Assembly (NCBI GenBank): GCA_973895155.1
Contig: OZ316896.1
Location: 17,906,754-17,970,753, forward strand
DNA: 64,000 nt
Reading direction: 5' to 3'
Source: Marsupella aquatica
Taxonomy: Eukaryota; Plantae; Marchantiophyta
Within the stretch, counting starts at the first letter, position 1; each line of letters begins with the position of its first letter. Under the pieces are notes generated by a model. It saw only the letters and a program-made list of their open reading frames with translations, was not told the origin of the DNA and searched no databases. A program made the position numbers and the translations under genes. Below, piece by piece: positions 47,580 to 61,637 of this stretch.

Positions 47580-48345
47580 ATCACCTTAATTAGTACTTGA
47601 CTAAATATGCCAATGTTAGGTTCATTGATCTCAAGCTAGAGAAATTCTCAAACTCATCTCAAAAACTGATCTCCAAAGAACTTTCCCTAGGCCCCAGTCT
47701 TATCAATATACAAAGTACCAAGTACTTCCCTAGGCCCCCAGTCTTATCCATATACAAAGTACTAAGCCAAGTACGTGTGAACACTTGAAAACTGGTTTTT
47801 ACAGATTTTGAACTAATAATTATTATATTACAGATAACAAAACAACTGTTTATAGAAAAACAAAAATAACAAGGGGTAAGAGTGACGGGATCACAATTGC
47901 AGGGGGTTCAGTAATTTTACTTGGACTAAGGGCTCGACTAGCTAAGGGCTTAGGGAGTACTTTACAAAATCTACCACTGTTAGGATCATTGGAAACTACA
48001 TTAGAGAGATTCATGAATTCATGATATATCTCCTTTAGTTTTGACAAAATTGTCAATGTTAGGCTCATTGGAAAGCTAGAGATATTTTGAAATTCAGGAT
48101 CACTTTTGTATTGGAGAAAATTTTCTAGTATGAAGCTCATTCCCGAGTTCATTAGAGAACCATTTCTACAAGCTAGAGAAATTTTGAAATTCAGGATCTC
48201 TTTTGTATTGGAGAAAATATGCTAGTATGAAGCTCATTAGAGAGCCATTTCTACAAGCTAAAGAAAAATTGAAATTCAGGATCTCTTTTGTATTGGAGAA
48301 AATATGCTAGTATGAAGCTCATTAGAGAACCATTTCTACAACGCT
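47580..48345 (-). repeat. Degenerate ~70-90-bp tandem array, same family as 14780-15275 but inverted
   Basis: TTTGACAAAA..CAATGTTAGGCTCATTGGAAAGCTAGAGA core; GAAATTCAGGATC..TTTTGTATTGGAGAAAA..CTAGTATGAAGCTCATT x3. Confidence 0.75.
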
Positions 48346-49338
48346 TCTATGGTAAGTATTTAAGCACAAAGGTTTCAGGGATGAGTGAGAAATTGGAAAT
48401 AGGATTCTACTAAGGCTACTAAAGAATCCCTGATCTCTCCTGAAATATTTGAAATATTTGGCTCAGGGATTCTACTAAGGCTAAGAATCTCTCCATGAAA
48501 TATTTGGTTCTTAATGACTGAGAAATTGGAAATATTTCAGGGATGAGTGAGAAATTGGAAATATTTGTGTACTTAAGGTCTAGACTTTCAAGAAAGGGCA
48601 AAACAATTTAAATAGAAATCAGTGCGCTTTACATTACTTGATGAAATCTAGCAATGTTAAGAACTGAACACAACAAAGCTCTTCCAAAACCTTCATTTTC
48701 TAAGAGATGAGCATCAAAGGTTTTGTCAAGAGATGAGGGGAAAATTCAACTAAATTGGTCTTTGTTGGTCACATAGCTAGAGACTTTCAAGTAACTCAAG
48801 GATTGAACAATTTATTCACAAACTTGTGAGCTCTTTGATGCTTGACAAATCTTGCAATGTTATGCTCTTTGGGAATATCTCTCAAAAACACTGCCAAGAA
48901 TTATAATTAAGAACCAAATATTTCATGGAGAGATCAGGGAGAAATTTGACATTATTAGTTGTTGGTGCCATTGTTAGACTTTCAACAAAGGGTACGTACG
49001 GTCAATACTTGATGATATCATACAATGTTAAGGTTATTAAAAAGTTCCTTCTAAAATATTTTTCTGACTAAATACACTAGAGGTTTCATTCATAGATAAG
49101 GGGGCCATTGGAAATGGGTTGAGGGCTATCCAGAACTAAACCTCCAAGTTAATTACTATAAATGTTGAAAGAAATGGAGAGAAAAGAATTGGTGATAACC
49201 ATCCCATAGCTGACGCCTTGGATGGGTTCATGTAGTTAGTCAATGTTTTGGAGAGAACCAAAATGAGAGCAACATGGAAAGAATCCAAGTTTGAAAATGA
49301 TCTAGATGATGGTGATTGTGAAGGTACTAAGTAGTTAG

Positions 49339-52300
49339 TGTTGAGAGGTGACCATAATTCTTAGGAGAGAAAATGTTAAGTCCATCAACAACTAAGTTTC
49401 ATCCATTCATAGGGGGTTTACTAATACCTCCCTAGGTATACATGTAGTGGTAGTTATAGTAGCTACCTCAATCCCCTAACTAGGGTTGGATGTTGACCTA
49501 ACCTTTGGGTTACAACACTCCCCCTTGGTTGTTTTATCATTATAGATAATGCAACCACACTAGGGTTAACATCTAGCAATAAGTGCTATTATATCTATGT
49601 AGTACATGGTATCCATTGGCGTGGTCTCATTAAAACAATCCTGCTTTCTTCTAAGTGAAAGAGTGCCACCACCAATGTAACTACATTTATAGTCATTTTG
49701 GATATGTCTCAAGGGGGTGAAAATATAAATCTAAAATTTGGTCTTAAATATATTGGGTCCCCTATTGAGAGTAAGTCAATATGAACTCTTAATCTGGGTG
49801 AAGCTTGAAGCTTGAGGCTTGAAGCGTGAAGAAACTTGAATGTTGGATTTTCATTTCTGATTGGTCCCACATTTGTCCTTCACACGAGAGTCTTCATTTG
49901 GGTTCTTCATTAGATCTCAAGTTTTCCTTCATGGTGTTTATAATCAGATGTGCATTTTCTGCAACCAACTTGCCTACATCAGTCTTCCATCATTCATTGT
50001 GACATTCCATTACCTTTGGTTGCCTTTGGTCCATATATGTGAGAATCATTTTTCCCAGGCATGTGATATAAATTGTTGGCCAACATACATGTCATGTTCA
50101 TAAGTAGTAGTGGCAAAGCCGTGGTGGTGTAAGGAATGGTCACACACTTCCATTATTTAATGGCTTTTCAAATCTTAAGGATAAATTCTTTTCTCTTCTC
50201 TTCACTTATCTTATTTGTTTTGACAAAGTACTTTTCATGGTTGGCCATCATAGGTATTTCATGTGCTCAGAGCACTTGTGCACTTCATTTCATATCATGT
50301 GCTAAAGGCACTTCCTCATTTGATATCATTTGCAAAATGGGGCTCAAATAATCCATTGGATGCATATGAGGAGGGTGTACTTCTCTCCCCCTCAAATCTC
50401 AAATTCTCATTTGTATGTGCATTCTTCACCCATTATTGGAATTCCAAAATTTAAGTCATGTCTAAATACCTTATATATTTATATCTTATATGAGGTTGGC
50501 CCCTATATCCTCCATGGTAAACTTAACAACTATCCCCACTAGATATAGGAGGTGAACCTCTATCTATACCTTGTATTAGTATTGCCAGTGAGTTCATATT
50601 TGAATGCCTTAAGGGCTATATGATTGGGGCAATACATTATTTTCTCCCCCTCGAATTGAGGTGTAGGGAGTTTTCATTGTAATAACTTCTGCCAGCCAAG
50701 CAAAGAGATGATCCTTCCATGTTTGTCCCTGGTATATTGCTGTTAAGTTTGTAATTTTGATTAGTGGTTAGTTACAACCCACTAATTCATTTTGATGACC
50801 CAATTAATGGCTTAATTATGTTTCTTTGCCGAGGTGGTACTTTTTCTCTAAGAAATGGAGTTTTAGGTATGTTGGGTCTTTTGGTATGTTTTAAGTGTTT
50901 CCCTGGTTAAGTGCACATTTTTATTTGTAAACTGAATTTTCTTTGACAGGGTTTTCACTTAAAGAGAATTTGCACTTGATGATGTTTTCTCGAGGTTTTC
51001 TTGACGTTGTGCGATTGAATGTTGTCAGTGGGATTTGGTTTGTTTCTTCACATTCTTTGGCTCCAAGCTCCTCAACGATCTCTGCTTCTCTCCTTTATGC
51101 TTGTAATTGGTCTGGCCGCTCTTGATTGTTCTCTTCCTTCTCTTGATCGTGATTCCCTTTGGACTCCTTTTTGTGGTTTGCTACTTTGCTTGTTTATTTC
51201 TCTTGTCCCTCAAAAATAGTTAACCTTCCTGGCCGGTCACTCACAATCTGTTCTTCCTCCTGTTTCTCCCTCGAATTCCCTTCGTCTGTGGATTGATTGT
51301 GCCTTATGGATGTCTTCTTCGTGCCTTCGTCTGTAGGTAATTCCTCTTTGCTGTAGTGTCCTTATGAATCTCTTTGGTGGATGCGTGCCCTTCTATTGTT
51401 TCGTCTATGCTATTGCTTCTTGTCTTTGAATCATTATTCTGTTGAATTGTATCTCCTTTCTGTTGAATTTCTGATAGTGCTGTGGTAAGGTTAGACGATA
51501 GTCTGGTCGGTAAGCCTCATTGTCTGAAATCCCTCTCTCTTGATGCTAGGAGTCCTATGACAATTGTCACATGTCCCACCGAATTCAGCCTGCTTTTGGA
51601 ATTGAATGATGGTGTTCTCAGAGATGAACATTATCCTATAGTGTATTATCGGCAAGGCAAGCCACAAATGGAATTGGATCTCATCGGTTTGCTGGCTCCT
51701 GCCAGTCAGTCCGTTACTAAAATCTAGTGTGCCTTGCAGATGTGGTAGAATAATGAGTTTATTAGGGCTGAGGAAAATTGTCACTCGAATTTGGGGACAA
51801 GATTGTCATGGGCACAGGTAAGAAAGAGCACAGTTTCCCATTTGATCTTGTTTTCTCTTGTTTTTCTTTCTCAAAAGCAAATTCTTGTGTCTTGACTGCT
51901 ATGCTTTTGCTTCTCTCATTTCTGTAGATTTCAATGGCTTCTTTTGATTTTGATTCCCTGCGATTGAAATTGTCTCTAGTCCTTGTCGTTCTTCCTTCTT
52001 TTGCTCTCAAACTGCTGTAAGGCTCAGCTTCTAGTGATGGAGTCGTGTGGGATTTGCATTTGTTGTAGCTCCAAAATGAATCGCCTGCAATCCCTAGAAT
52101 TCCTTATCACATATGCTTGGTTTTATCACCCCTTAGTAGATTCGTGGATCATTTTTGAAAAAAACACAAATTGGTTCTACTTACTTCCTGAGCCAACATC
52201 TTCCTATTCCACATTTCTAGTTCTAATTCGATTTCAATCTGAGTCAATTCTCCTTCTACCCCATCGAGAAATAAATGTGTCAAATCTATGAACATTTAAT

Positions 52301-52545
52301 GTAAATGTGATCTTTTCTCAAAGAAAAATTGCTCGTGGAGAGCTATGCGCTGATAACATGTTGAGATGTGAAGATAATTCTTAGGACCGAGAGAAAATAT
52401 TAAGTCCATCAACAACTAAGTTACATCCATTCATAGGGGGTTTACTAATACCTCCCTAGGTATATATACATGTAGTGGTAGTTATAGTAGCTACCTCAAT
52501 CCCCTAACAAGGGTTGGATGTTGACCTAACCTTTGGGTTGCAACA
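49339..52545 (-). mobile_element. Non-autonomous LTR retrotransposon (probably Copia-derived), 3.2 kb, both LTRs present
   Basis: LTRs at 49339-49517 and 52359-52545 (TG...CA, about 7 substitutions and two 4-bp indels). TSD GTTAG on both sides. On the minus strand, PBS-like TGTTATCAGCGCATAGCTC next to the 52359 LTR and PPT AAGGGGGAG next to the 49517 LTR. No intact internal ORF. Confidence 0.9.
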
Positions 52546-54025
52546 GTTAGAATAAATTTCAATTTAGGGTTAAGAAGGATGAGCACTAATATAGAGATCC
52601 AAAATGATTTCATCTTCAAAAGTGCTCCACAAACTCTCATATCTCATATCTTGTTCATATAATCATAGTAAATGCAGTTACTTGCACAGCTTTTATACAA
52701 CATTTAAGACATTTCCAAGGACCCACCTCAGACAGTCTCAGATTGACTATAAGTACCACTAAAAGGAGAAGAGAGATTGAGGATGAGATCTATGAAATGA
52801 TGCTGATTTCTGGCTTGTGCATTATTATGTCTTGCTTTTCAATTAGGTCTCATCCCTGGCCTACTTGGGCAAACATTCGCCTATATATAACCTATTGGTA
52901 CTTCAAAAAAACTTGAATTCTCTGTATGCGGGCAGCTGTGTACGGAGGCTCTTAAAGAGCCACGAGATTGAGTTTGGTGGTGAATGAACCCATTGCTCAC
53001 AAGACAATATTAAATTTTTGATTCAAATTGCTATCACAAATTAGTCATGAATCATCAAATGGACTAGACATAACTGTTTCCCTCAGAGGTTGATGGATTT
53101 TCAACTTGCAAAAAAAGAGATTGATTATGTGACTCATGATTGCAAATTTAAGGAAAATTAACATGGCTGGGTTGCAAGATCTGTTGTTGTGCTGATTTTA
53201 AAATTATAATAAGCTTTTACAATTACAATTTTCTATATAATACAAGTGATTTTGCTTTGTAATACTTTTTAGACCCTGCATTGTTTTGTGACCATGCTGT
53301 TAAGAGTCTACATTATCAAGCCATCTTAATGCTGGCTTGAAGGTAGTCCAGATTTGTAATAATGCCTATGATGACATTACAAGTTTTGCTTTAAGAGTTA
53401 TTTTGGAGAAAAAGTGCTAGTTTTTCTTTATAATTCATAGCCAATTAATAGATGTATTTAAATTTGACTCTAAGTATTGAAAGCAAAAAATAACAAAAAA
53501 CTAGTATCAAAGAATAAGAGAGGAATTGGGTTAAGGGATTTTTCTTGCATTTGCACTTGCATTTGCAATCACAATCATAGCAAACTATCCTTGAACCACT
53601 CTATTGTTCGATTAATTACTAGGACTCACAATTCAATATTCAGGCTGAATGATTAGGACTGATCAGACAGATTGAATGATAATTCCGGGTAGGAATTGGA
53701 TTTGAAAGGCTGGTCAACCTGAGCTTCATGGCACATATACACTTAGACAATAAACATCTGCAATCATGAGGGACCAGGCTTTAAAAAATAGCTCACATCT
53801 TTTATTCATTTTTTTATGTACAAATCACTGACATGTTGATCTACGTAAATCTTACAAGTCAGCTAAAAAAATAAGAAAATAAAAAATAAAAAACTTACCA
53901 GCCAAGAGCTCCCCTATTGTATCAAGTAAAAGTGCCCAAAACATTCTTGACCAAGGGAGTACTGGTTCCAAACAAAGAAGTGGCCTATCTAAAGATGCAC
54001 TGAAAGATTCAGCCAGAGGATCTGT

Positions 54026-55492
54026 CTAAAGCTCAAGAGAACGTAAGAAGGGAGAAATCAAACCCTCAAAGAAGAAAGCTAATACTCTCTCCCACACAAT
54101 TCTTTTGTTATGGATACTAGGCCCTTTGCTTTGAATAAGGGAAAGAGGAACATAGCCCCTAGGTTGGCTAGGTTGTCTTGTTCCATGATAATAGACATAC
54201 CATTTATCTAATGCTAGAAGCTGGTCATCAACTGCAAGAAGTGCAGCTGGCACCCGATGTGGAGTGTAGCTGCCTCCCAAGGCTAGTTTTCTTGGTTCAA
54301 TTGAATTTACACAAGTCAAGAAATGTCTCTCAAGATCAAGGTGAAATATATGAGACCTGGTCATGAAATGCAATTTGCCCTCCATAACAAACATCGATAT
54401 TTTTCTGCGATCAATAGAATCTTGCATTTCTGGATGTTGGAGTGGTCTTCTCCACTCATTTCTGGTAGGGTTATAAACCTCAAAATGATTCGCATGGTTT
54501 GCTCCCTGAATCCAACCTGGTGCATGGTTTGCCAATGAATCTCTCCCCGAGTCCAATCGTTGATGAACAAACCTTCGTTGATGAAAAGAACTTCCGCCAT
54601 ACACTAAAAGCTCATCGCCCACAATTCCGATAGCAGTACCTGTCCACCTCGATGGCATTGGCGTGAGCTCAGTCCAAACATCGAGTTCGGGATCATACAT
54701 CTCTGTTCCAGAAACAGGTTCAAGACCAGAAAAACCACCGCATGCATATATCTTCCCGTTCATAACGCCACACGCAAAGCTCTGTCTAGGTGATTTCATA
54801 CTAGCACACTTCTTCCAGTCCGTCTGTCCTGCCACATCCAGCATATATACGTCTGCGCTGCTGAGCTGAGTAGAAGGCTGCTCCAACCCTCCTAAGATAT
54901 ATATTCTTCCGTCCAATGTAATGCATTCGCATGACTGTGGGATTCCACTATTCACTTGTGGGATTGGAGGAAGTAGATCACAAGCTCTGGATTTGAGGCA
55001 ATAGAGAGCAAGACCATACATATGGTCAGCGATGGTGTAATTGAGGACTACAACCTTGTTTGTTGCGTTGGACTGAACTCTTGCTTCATGCACTTGGTGA
55101 CTTTCCATTGCTATCTGCCAGTCAGGGCTCAGTGAAGATAGAGTGAGCAAATCGCTCCAATCCAGCTTTGTGCAGATGTGATGTAACGTCACGTCATTAG
55201 GAATGCCAGGAAACAGTGGCTCCATGATGCAGTCTTCCTCCATTGTAACGTCATCAGCAATGCCAGGAAGGAGTTCTATGTTGCGGCCGTCTTCGTCCAT
55301 TGCCGTAGATGAAGAGCCTGCCTCATGTACAGTAGTGTTGTTTTCGCTCTCTCTGATCTGCCTCTTTCTCTCCGGCTCCTCCATTGGCATAAATGAAGAG
55401 CGCTCATGATATACAGTAGTGCCGTCTTTGTTCTCGTTGAACTTTCTCTTTAAAGTTCTCTCTGCCTTCAGCTTGTCCTTCGATAGAATCAT
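54026..55492 (-). CDS. F-box/kelch-repeat protein, 488 aa, single coding exon
   Basis: F-box start LFPGIPNDVTLHHICTKL...LSPDW. Kelch repeats GRIYILGG...DWKKCASMKSPRQSFAC, GKIYACGG...MYDPELDVWTELTPM, ELLVYGG...YNPTRNEW. Confidence 0.92.
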   Translation of the reverse strand: MILSKDKLKAERTLKRKFNENKDGTTVYHERSSFMPMEEPERKRQIRESENNTTVHEAGSSSTAMDEDGRNIELLPGIADDVTMEEDCIMEPLFPGIPNDVTLHHICTKLDWSDLLTLSSLSPDWQIAMESHQVHEARVQSNATNKVVVLNYTIADHMYGLALYCLKSRACDLLPPIPQVNSGIPQSCECITLDGRIYILGGLEQPSTQLSSADVYMLDVAGQTDWKKCASMKSPRQSFACGVMNGKIYACGGFSGLEPVSGTEMYDPELDVWTELTPMPSRWTGTAIGIVGDELLVYGGSSFHQRRFVHQRLDSGRDSLANHAPGWIQGANHANHFEVYNPTRNEWRRPLQHPEMQDSIDRRKISMFVMEGKLHFMTRSHIFHLDLERHFLTCVNSIEPRKLALGGSYTPHRVPAALLAVDDQLLALDKWYVYYHGTRQPSQPRGYVPLSLIQSKGPSIHNKRIVWERVLAFFFEGLISPFLRSLEL

Positions 55493-56715
55493 CTTTGACT
55501 ATAATGTGAATTTCGGATGTGGTCTCTGCTGCAATTGACGCCGCAAGATTGGAAACGATGTCCGCTTGCTAGGTTGTTGGATCGAATGAGCACTCGGGGA
55601 TATCCACGGACTCCGCCCAGCTAGTACACACAGGAATTATCTGGGTGATCAACTCCTGCTTCTGCAAATAGTGCCCTCGCCGATTGGGGAGAAGTACAGG
55701 TGCTACTGGTTCACAAAAGCCATGACCTTCATCTCCCACGCGGGCTCCCACGTACTTGCACGATCACACATCAGACCCAGTTACGATCTGCTGCACAACA
55801 AGTAAGTAAGATGAGTAAGTTGAATCGAACGTCAATCTACGAATTAAATTCGGGGTAGCCGGTACAAAGCTACAAAAAACCACAAATTTGGTTATGTCAT
55901 GAACCTAAAGTAGTCTCGCCATGCCGACGACAGGACTAGATTACAGAAAAGCTACACAATTGAAGGCAGCTAGACCTAAGACGGATTAGTAACTTGCAAT
56001 AAGTCTATTTACTTGGAGATATTGGCGGCTACCTGTGGGGGAGGGGGCGGTGGTGCTCGCGGAAGAAGAGCACTTCAAGCAAATACTCAATCAAATGCGT
56101 TCGCTCTCGATAATAGGAAATGAAAAGAATCCAAACGCAGCATGTGCATGTATGCTACCACTCCGCAACTGCTGCAAACAGGATGGGGTCGTGTCGAATT
56201 CATTGGTTGACGGCAACGCTTTACGCCATTTCGATAATTAGTAGCGTTGATTGAAGGTGGAAGATGTCACTGACAAAAAAAGAAAAGAAGCCCGAGCCGT
56301 TATTAATTTCGTATATTTGCTCCATGCATCCATCCAAAATAAAACCAACGAAGGAGTTCTTGCTACTCCATTAAAAAGGCAGGTAAGAAACTCACAAACG
56401 GATTCGGACGTTGACAACACCGTGAAGCAGCAAAGATCAGATGACGTACGCCAGCCTGAGCTTACAGCGCAAGAGTGAGTCACGTACATACAAGTTCTCC
56501 TGTGGGAGGATTATAATTGCAGACGAACAAATTGTGGAGAAAGAGTGTGGGAACAACTCCTTATAACACTTTTAGGTTGATCTGCTGCAGCACCTGCTGG
56601 AAACGAATGAGGACCGAACCAATGACTCACTGAAGTGCCGTTGAAGGGAAATTCTTGCGCTCATGATGAAGAGTTCATTACCAGTAGAATGCTTGGTCAC
56701 TGGTCAGTCTGGGCT

Positions 56716-57327
56716 TACACTCCAGGAAAGGTCTGCTGTATGGAGCGGAGAATCTGAATAGTTGGTGACACAGTGGTGACACATTGGCGTGGCACCCTAA
56801 ACCCTTAGAAAACTCACTCTTTTGCAGTGGCAGTACGACCATGAGTCCAGGTCCGACTCGCTCTTTACCACACACCCCAACGCAATTTTTAGTCAGCCTG
56901 TGTTAATTTGAATGATATGAATATATCCTCGCAGAAAACCCCAAACTCCAGGAAATGCCTATTGTATGGAGAGAAGTATATTTCATTGGTACATTGACGT
57001 GGCACGCTAAACCCTCAGCAACCTCTCTTTTCTGACACTGCCTCCTTTGCTCGCATGGTAATGATATTCTTGTACGTAGTCTGACCATATGCCCGACCCG
57101 ATTTCATCCAGGCTATGTTTGATATGAATCCTCGCAGAAAATCCCCACACTCCAGAAAGGTACGTTTGTTGTATGGATAGGAGGTGCCTTAAACCCTCGG
57201 CACACCCCCTTTTTGTGACAGGACCTCCATTGCTCCGGAACTGACATTTGTTGTAGTCCAACTCTTTAACATACACCACCGATTTTCAGCCAGGTTATGT
57301 TTATATGAATCCTCGCTGAAAATCCAC
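56716..57327 (+). repeat. Three diverged ~180-230-bp tandem units upstream of the F-box gene
   Basis: ACTCCAG(G)AAA..TGTATGGA..TAAACCCT..ATCCTCGC.GAAAA recurs at ~56716, ~56944 and ~57147. Confidence 0.7.
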
Positions 57328-60300
57328 GTCTAGGGCTTTCCTCCGATTAAAGCTGTGCTTGTGTAATTGAATGATATCTTCACCCGCCCGAGAGAATTGG
57401 GTCGGACGGCTGTCCATAGTCTATTTCCTTTGTTGATGCAGAACTTCAAAACTCTGACAGAGAGCCATTTGAATATGATGCAATGCCAATCAATTTGGTC
57501 AGGGTCGAGTCTAATGGGGGAGATCTGAAACTGAGTGACTTTGGTTTAGATTATCTAGCTTGCTCCAGGGCATAATGTGCATGCGGGATCGATATGTACG
57601 TACCGAACATTATGCAACGTATTCACTAAGGAAAAGTAGCTGACATCCGTCTCCACGGCAGAAATTTTCAGATCTCCGTGGGCAATATATTTAATTCTGG
57701 GAGCATAATCGATCAAACTCTACGGCTACAATTTGAGTATCAACCTCGGTATTATTAATCAATATGAAATAGCCACGTCCCTGCCTCTATTGATGACGCC
57801 CGATTGACAAGAAGGCAGTCGCGAAAGAGAGCTATCAATTGCCGGCGGTGAACTCGCAATCTTCCGGCACTTACTAGAGGATCTATTATGAAGGAATTCT
57901 TCATTTGTCCTCGCTTAGTTGTGCAGTCGTCACATATTATTTCCAGGAGCGTGCAATTGCTTTGACCAGAACAACCTGATGGAACTAAATATTCATTGTG
58001 TTTCCTGTCATAGGGCCTGTGGTACCTGCGCAAAATATTATGGGCCCGGGCTCAAGATCTTCACAGCAGGGTCTGTACGATCGGGAGGGTCAATTGGGAG
58101 ATATGGAAGTTTTCTCCCATTGGCGGATGTCGGATCAGTAGATCCACTTATGACTTCACCTTTAAGTTGGTAATTTGAGGAAAATTGCAATGGTCCTTAT
58201 CAGGCTTCATGTCTGGCGAATTCTCCATTGATATATTGCAGCTTTAAGTCGGTCAGTATCCATTTTTTATAGCGCAATGTAGACGGACATACAAGTGGCA
58301 AGATCTATATAATACTTGAGAAATGATTTCGTTCGGTGTGGACTGTGACTCTTCGGACCAGGTGGGACCATAATCGATCGCTATTGCAGCTAAGTTTAGC
58401 CGGGAGTTTAGTAGCTGCTGGAATTAAGATACTGCTTAATTAGCCTTCGCTTGATTCTGCAAGACCAGAGCTCAAGCTACTTTAGTGCCAAAGGTATCTT
58501 CAATTTCTTATCCCTGTTTTTTATGCTCACCATGTTAGTATGTGAGCATTTGAAGACCTAAAGTCTGAGAAATAGTTTCAATCTCTGAAAAGTAAGCTGC
58601 CACGACGGCTGAAAGTCCCGCTGAAAGTCCCGCTGAAAGTTCATTCTTGTGGGCGTCATTTAAAGCCAATTTCCATCAAAGAGATTTCCCATTTCATTGA
58701 ACTCTTTTACGACTATGTCGTTTTTTACTTTTGTCAAACCCGAGATGAATCTGTAATTCGCATTTTGTTCCAGATCAATGAATCTCGCATCAACCACTAT
58801 GTTGTGAAGAATTAGCTTCAGATGTAAATTGCTTTTAAGATTATCAAACCATTCTATGCCTTCAAAGAATAACACGGAACTCAAATGGGGTGAAATGGGG
58901 GTGAAATTTGTTTCAATGAGGTTGGCTATTGTCAATTGGAGTTGGGTTAAATCGCAACTAGACGAAAGGAACTACGAGATAGGGAGAGTTGGAATTGTTG
59001 GGAAGAACTGTCACCAAAATATGTTATCTCGAACGAATAGTGGAAAATGAAATCCTGTCTAACGAGACATATTTCAACAGGTCGAGGAACCATGATCACC
59101 AAAAATGTCTCATCTTAGGAGAAACCTTAACAAAAGTATGGTATACTATACTCAGTACCAGGTGCCAGGTCATAGCGGCACCAACAATGGGGAGCACTGC
59201 CATGATATGAGAATGCTGTGCTGCTTGGAGAAAATATTGGATATTTGAACAGCGATGTGAAGATCTATTCCCTATATTTTAGGTCACGGCAAGAAATTTT
59301 CATTCAAATTTTTGTTGATTGGGGATTGGCATTGGCTGTGCTACTTGGAGAAAACATTGGAGGTATGAAGAGCGGTGTACATCTTCTCTGGCACCAAACA
59401 TCTCTACTTTTGGTGACAGCAAGAAATTTCTATTCGCATTTTTAAAGTGGAGAGATTGTCTCCGGTGTTTTCGTATGTCCCGTGGAACATGGATAAGTGT
59501 AGTGGCTCGGGGCACACCCTAAACTTTCGTCTCTGTGTGACAGAGGAATACAATGCCGGAGGACATGGAGGATTCTCCCTATTCTCCCAGTATCTCCCTA
59601 ATTCTCCTCAATCCTCCCCGGTATTGATAAATCCTTCCTTGCATTTCATCTATATTGCAGAGGAGAAACCTTCAGTGAAAAATGTACGTGCTCCAAGAGT
59701 CTGTCGTCGTGGGTCCTCTCAAAATGTTGCTCAATCAAATTGTGCCGTCGTGGGTCTCCTCAAAATGTCCACTATCGGAGTTCGGTATCGTTGTTCTGGA
59801 GGAGCGTTGTGATGCGACCATCACTGAGATTACCTCCTGGGCCAAAATGGCTGCCAATCGTGAGCAATTCGTTCGTGATGAGGTAGTATGCGTTCGCCAA
59901 CGAGCTGGAACACAAATACAGTCCACTCGTGACTCTATGGATGTGCTCCACACCAGTGGTCATCATCCTCCGAGCCCGAGATCATTCAGGAAGCGATGTT
60001 CGCACGGGACAGCGTCTTCATAGGCAGACCTCAGTTCCGGTCATTGAAAATCCTCCTCGATGGATACAAAAGCCAGGTGTTCGGGCAAAAGGCGAGGGAC
60101 AATGAAAGATGATGTTCTTCGAAATCGTGAGTAACAAGAGAGTAAGCAAGAAATAGAGATCCTGGCCGAGAGTTTGAAGACCCAGCGCGCAAAAACGATA
60201 ACAACGGCGGAACCGTCACAAATTTCCCTCCAATGATCCATTCTACCATCTGCAACTTGATGGTGAGAGTTCTCTTGGTGAGGAGATACCGTCGAGCAAA

Positions 60301-61637
60301 CCAAGGGACTTCATGCCCGCCTGGCTGCCGGACAGGAAAGCCATCGAGGTCTAGTGGGAATTGCGAAGGAAAGTCTCAGATCTTAGACCTGCTCATCGAG
60401 GACAGGAGGCAAGCCCTTCAGTCAGGACAGACAGAGCATCAAGCCACATCTGTCGACCCTCTGTTGGGGCTGCGAGATGGGAAAATCCAGAGCCCATTCG
60501 AGATCTTGAATACAGGGATTGTGTTGATAAGCATCGAAGTTCTCACCTGTCGACACACAGGAACCAAATCGAATTGCACTGAACTCCGGGATATTGCACT
60601 GCAAGCCTCATCAACAATCCGCAGATCCACGAGAAGTTGGCAGCCCCGTTGATGTCTGCCGTTGTGGGCGAGAGAATGGGGCGAGAGAATGGTTAATGAG
60701 GATGACACACCCCTACTTAGAAGCTGTAGCCAAAGAGGGTTTGTGGATGCAGCACTTCACTAGTTGGCACTTCCCACACGGGCGCTGTCAGCTACCAAGC
60801 TCGCAGACTATGACATTCCGGTGAATGCACCAGGTGGGTAGCGTCTAGAAGAACACCGGGTTAAATCAACACCGCATTAAGGCTCCCCAGCCTTCTTGGG
60901 GCCCCGTACCCTGCCCGTCACTAATCCCAATGCTGCTGCCCGCAAGCCCACGCATCCGTCAATCATCGTTCTGGCGCACTTGAAACGTATTAGCCCCGAT
61001 CGGCGACGAAAATTTCCGTCCATTTCAAATTTCACGGCCTATAGGGCGTGGGACACGCTTACCCGGCCTCCAGTCCCCCTCTATTTTTGTCACATGTTCT
61101 CATTCTCAGTTGTTATCATTGTGGTCCCGCTGCTGGAAATACTCGATGTGCAACGTTGTGCGTTCTGTCGTCATATCATTTTCTAGCGCGCGCGAGCGTT
61201 CTGCCCAAAGTTTGCAGAGTCTTGAGCTCTTGTTTCTTGTCTCCCACGCGCATTATCAAATGCGATTCGGCCTTTTCAGTTAAGATTGTCAGTGTTTTTC
61301 CACTGTGCATATATGTTTTTACTTTTTCTTCACCACGGATTATGTTAACAATGTCTTTCGTATTAGGTTCTAATTTCTTTCACTAAGCACCTCAGTAGTG
61401 TTCAACGTTCTGTACTTGGCGCCTCTGCCCCAAGCAAGAGAAGATCAAGATCAGGTTACTGGCGACGTTGTAGTGCACTTTTTGCATGTGTGGACCCTAT
61501 CACTATTGAGGAGCATTGTTCGTGGGACAGATTGCCTCCGTCATCTCTTTCCATGTAAAACGTGTTAGAACAATGGTGTTTGTGTAGTCGTTCTACCAGT
61601 CCCACACAGTTATTGGATGTGACGTACCCTAGTTGTA

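Noticed and set aside
59447-60824. Cluster of overlapping 60-140-aa ORFs upstream of the MULE transposase
   Set aside because: No recognisable domain and no consistent spliced frame on either strand.
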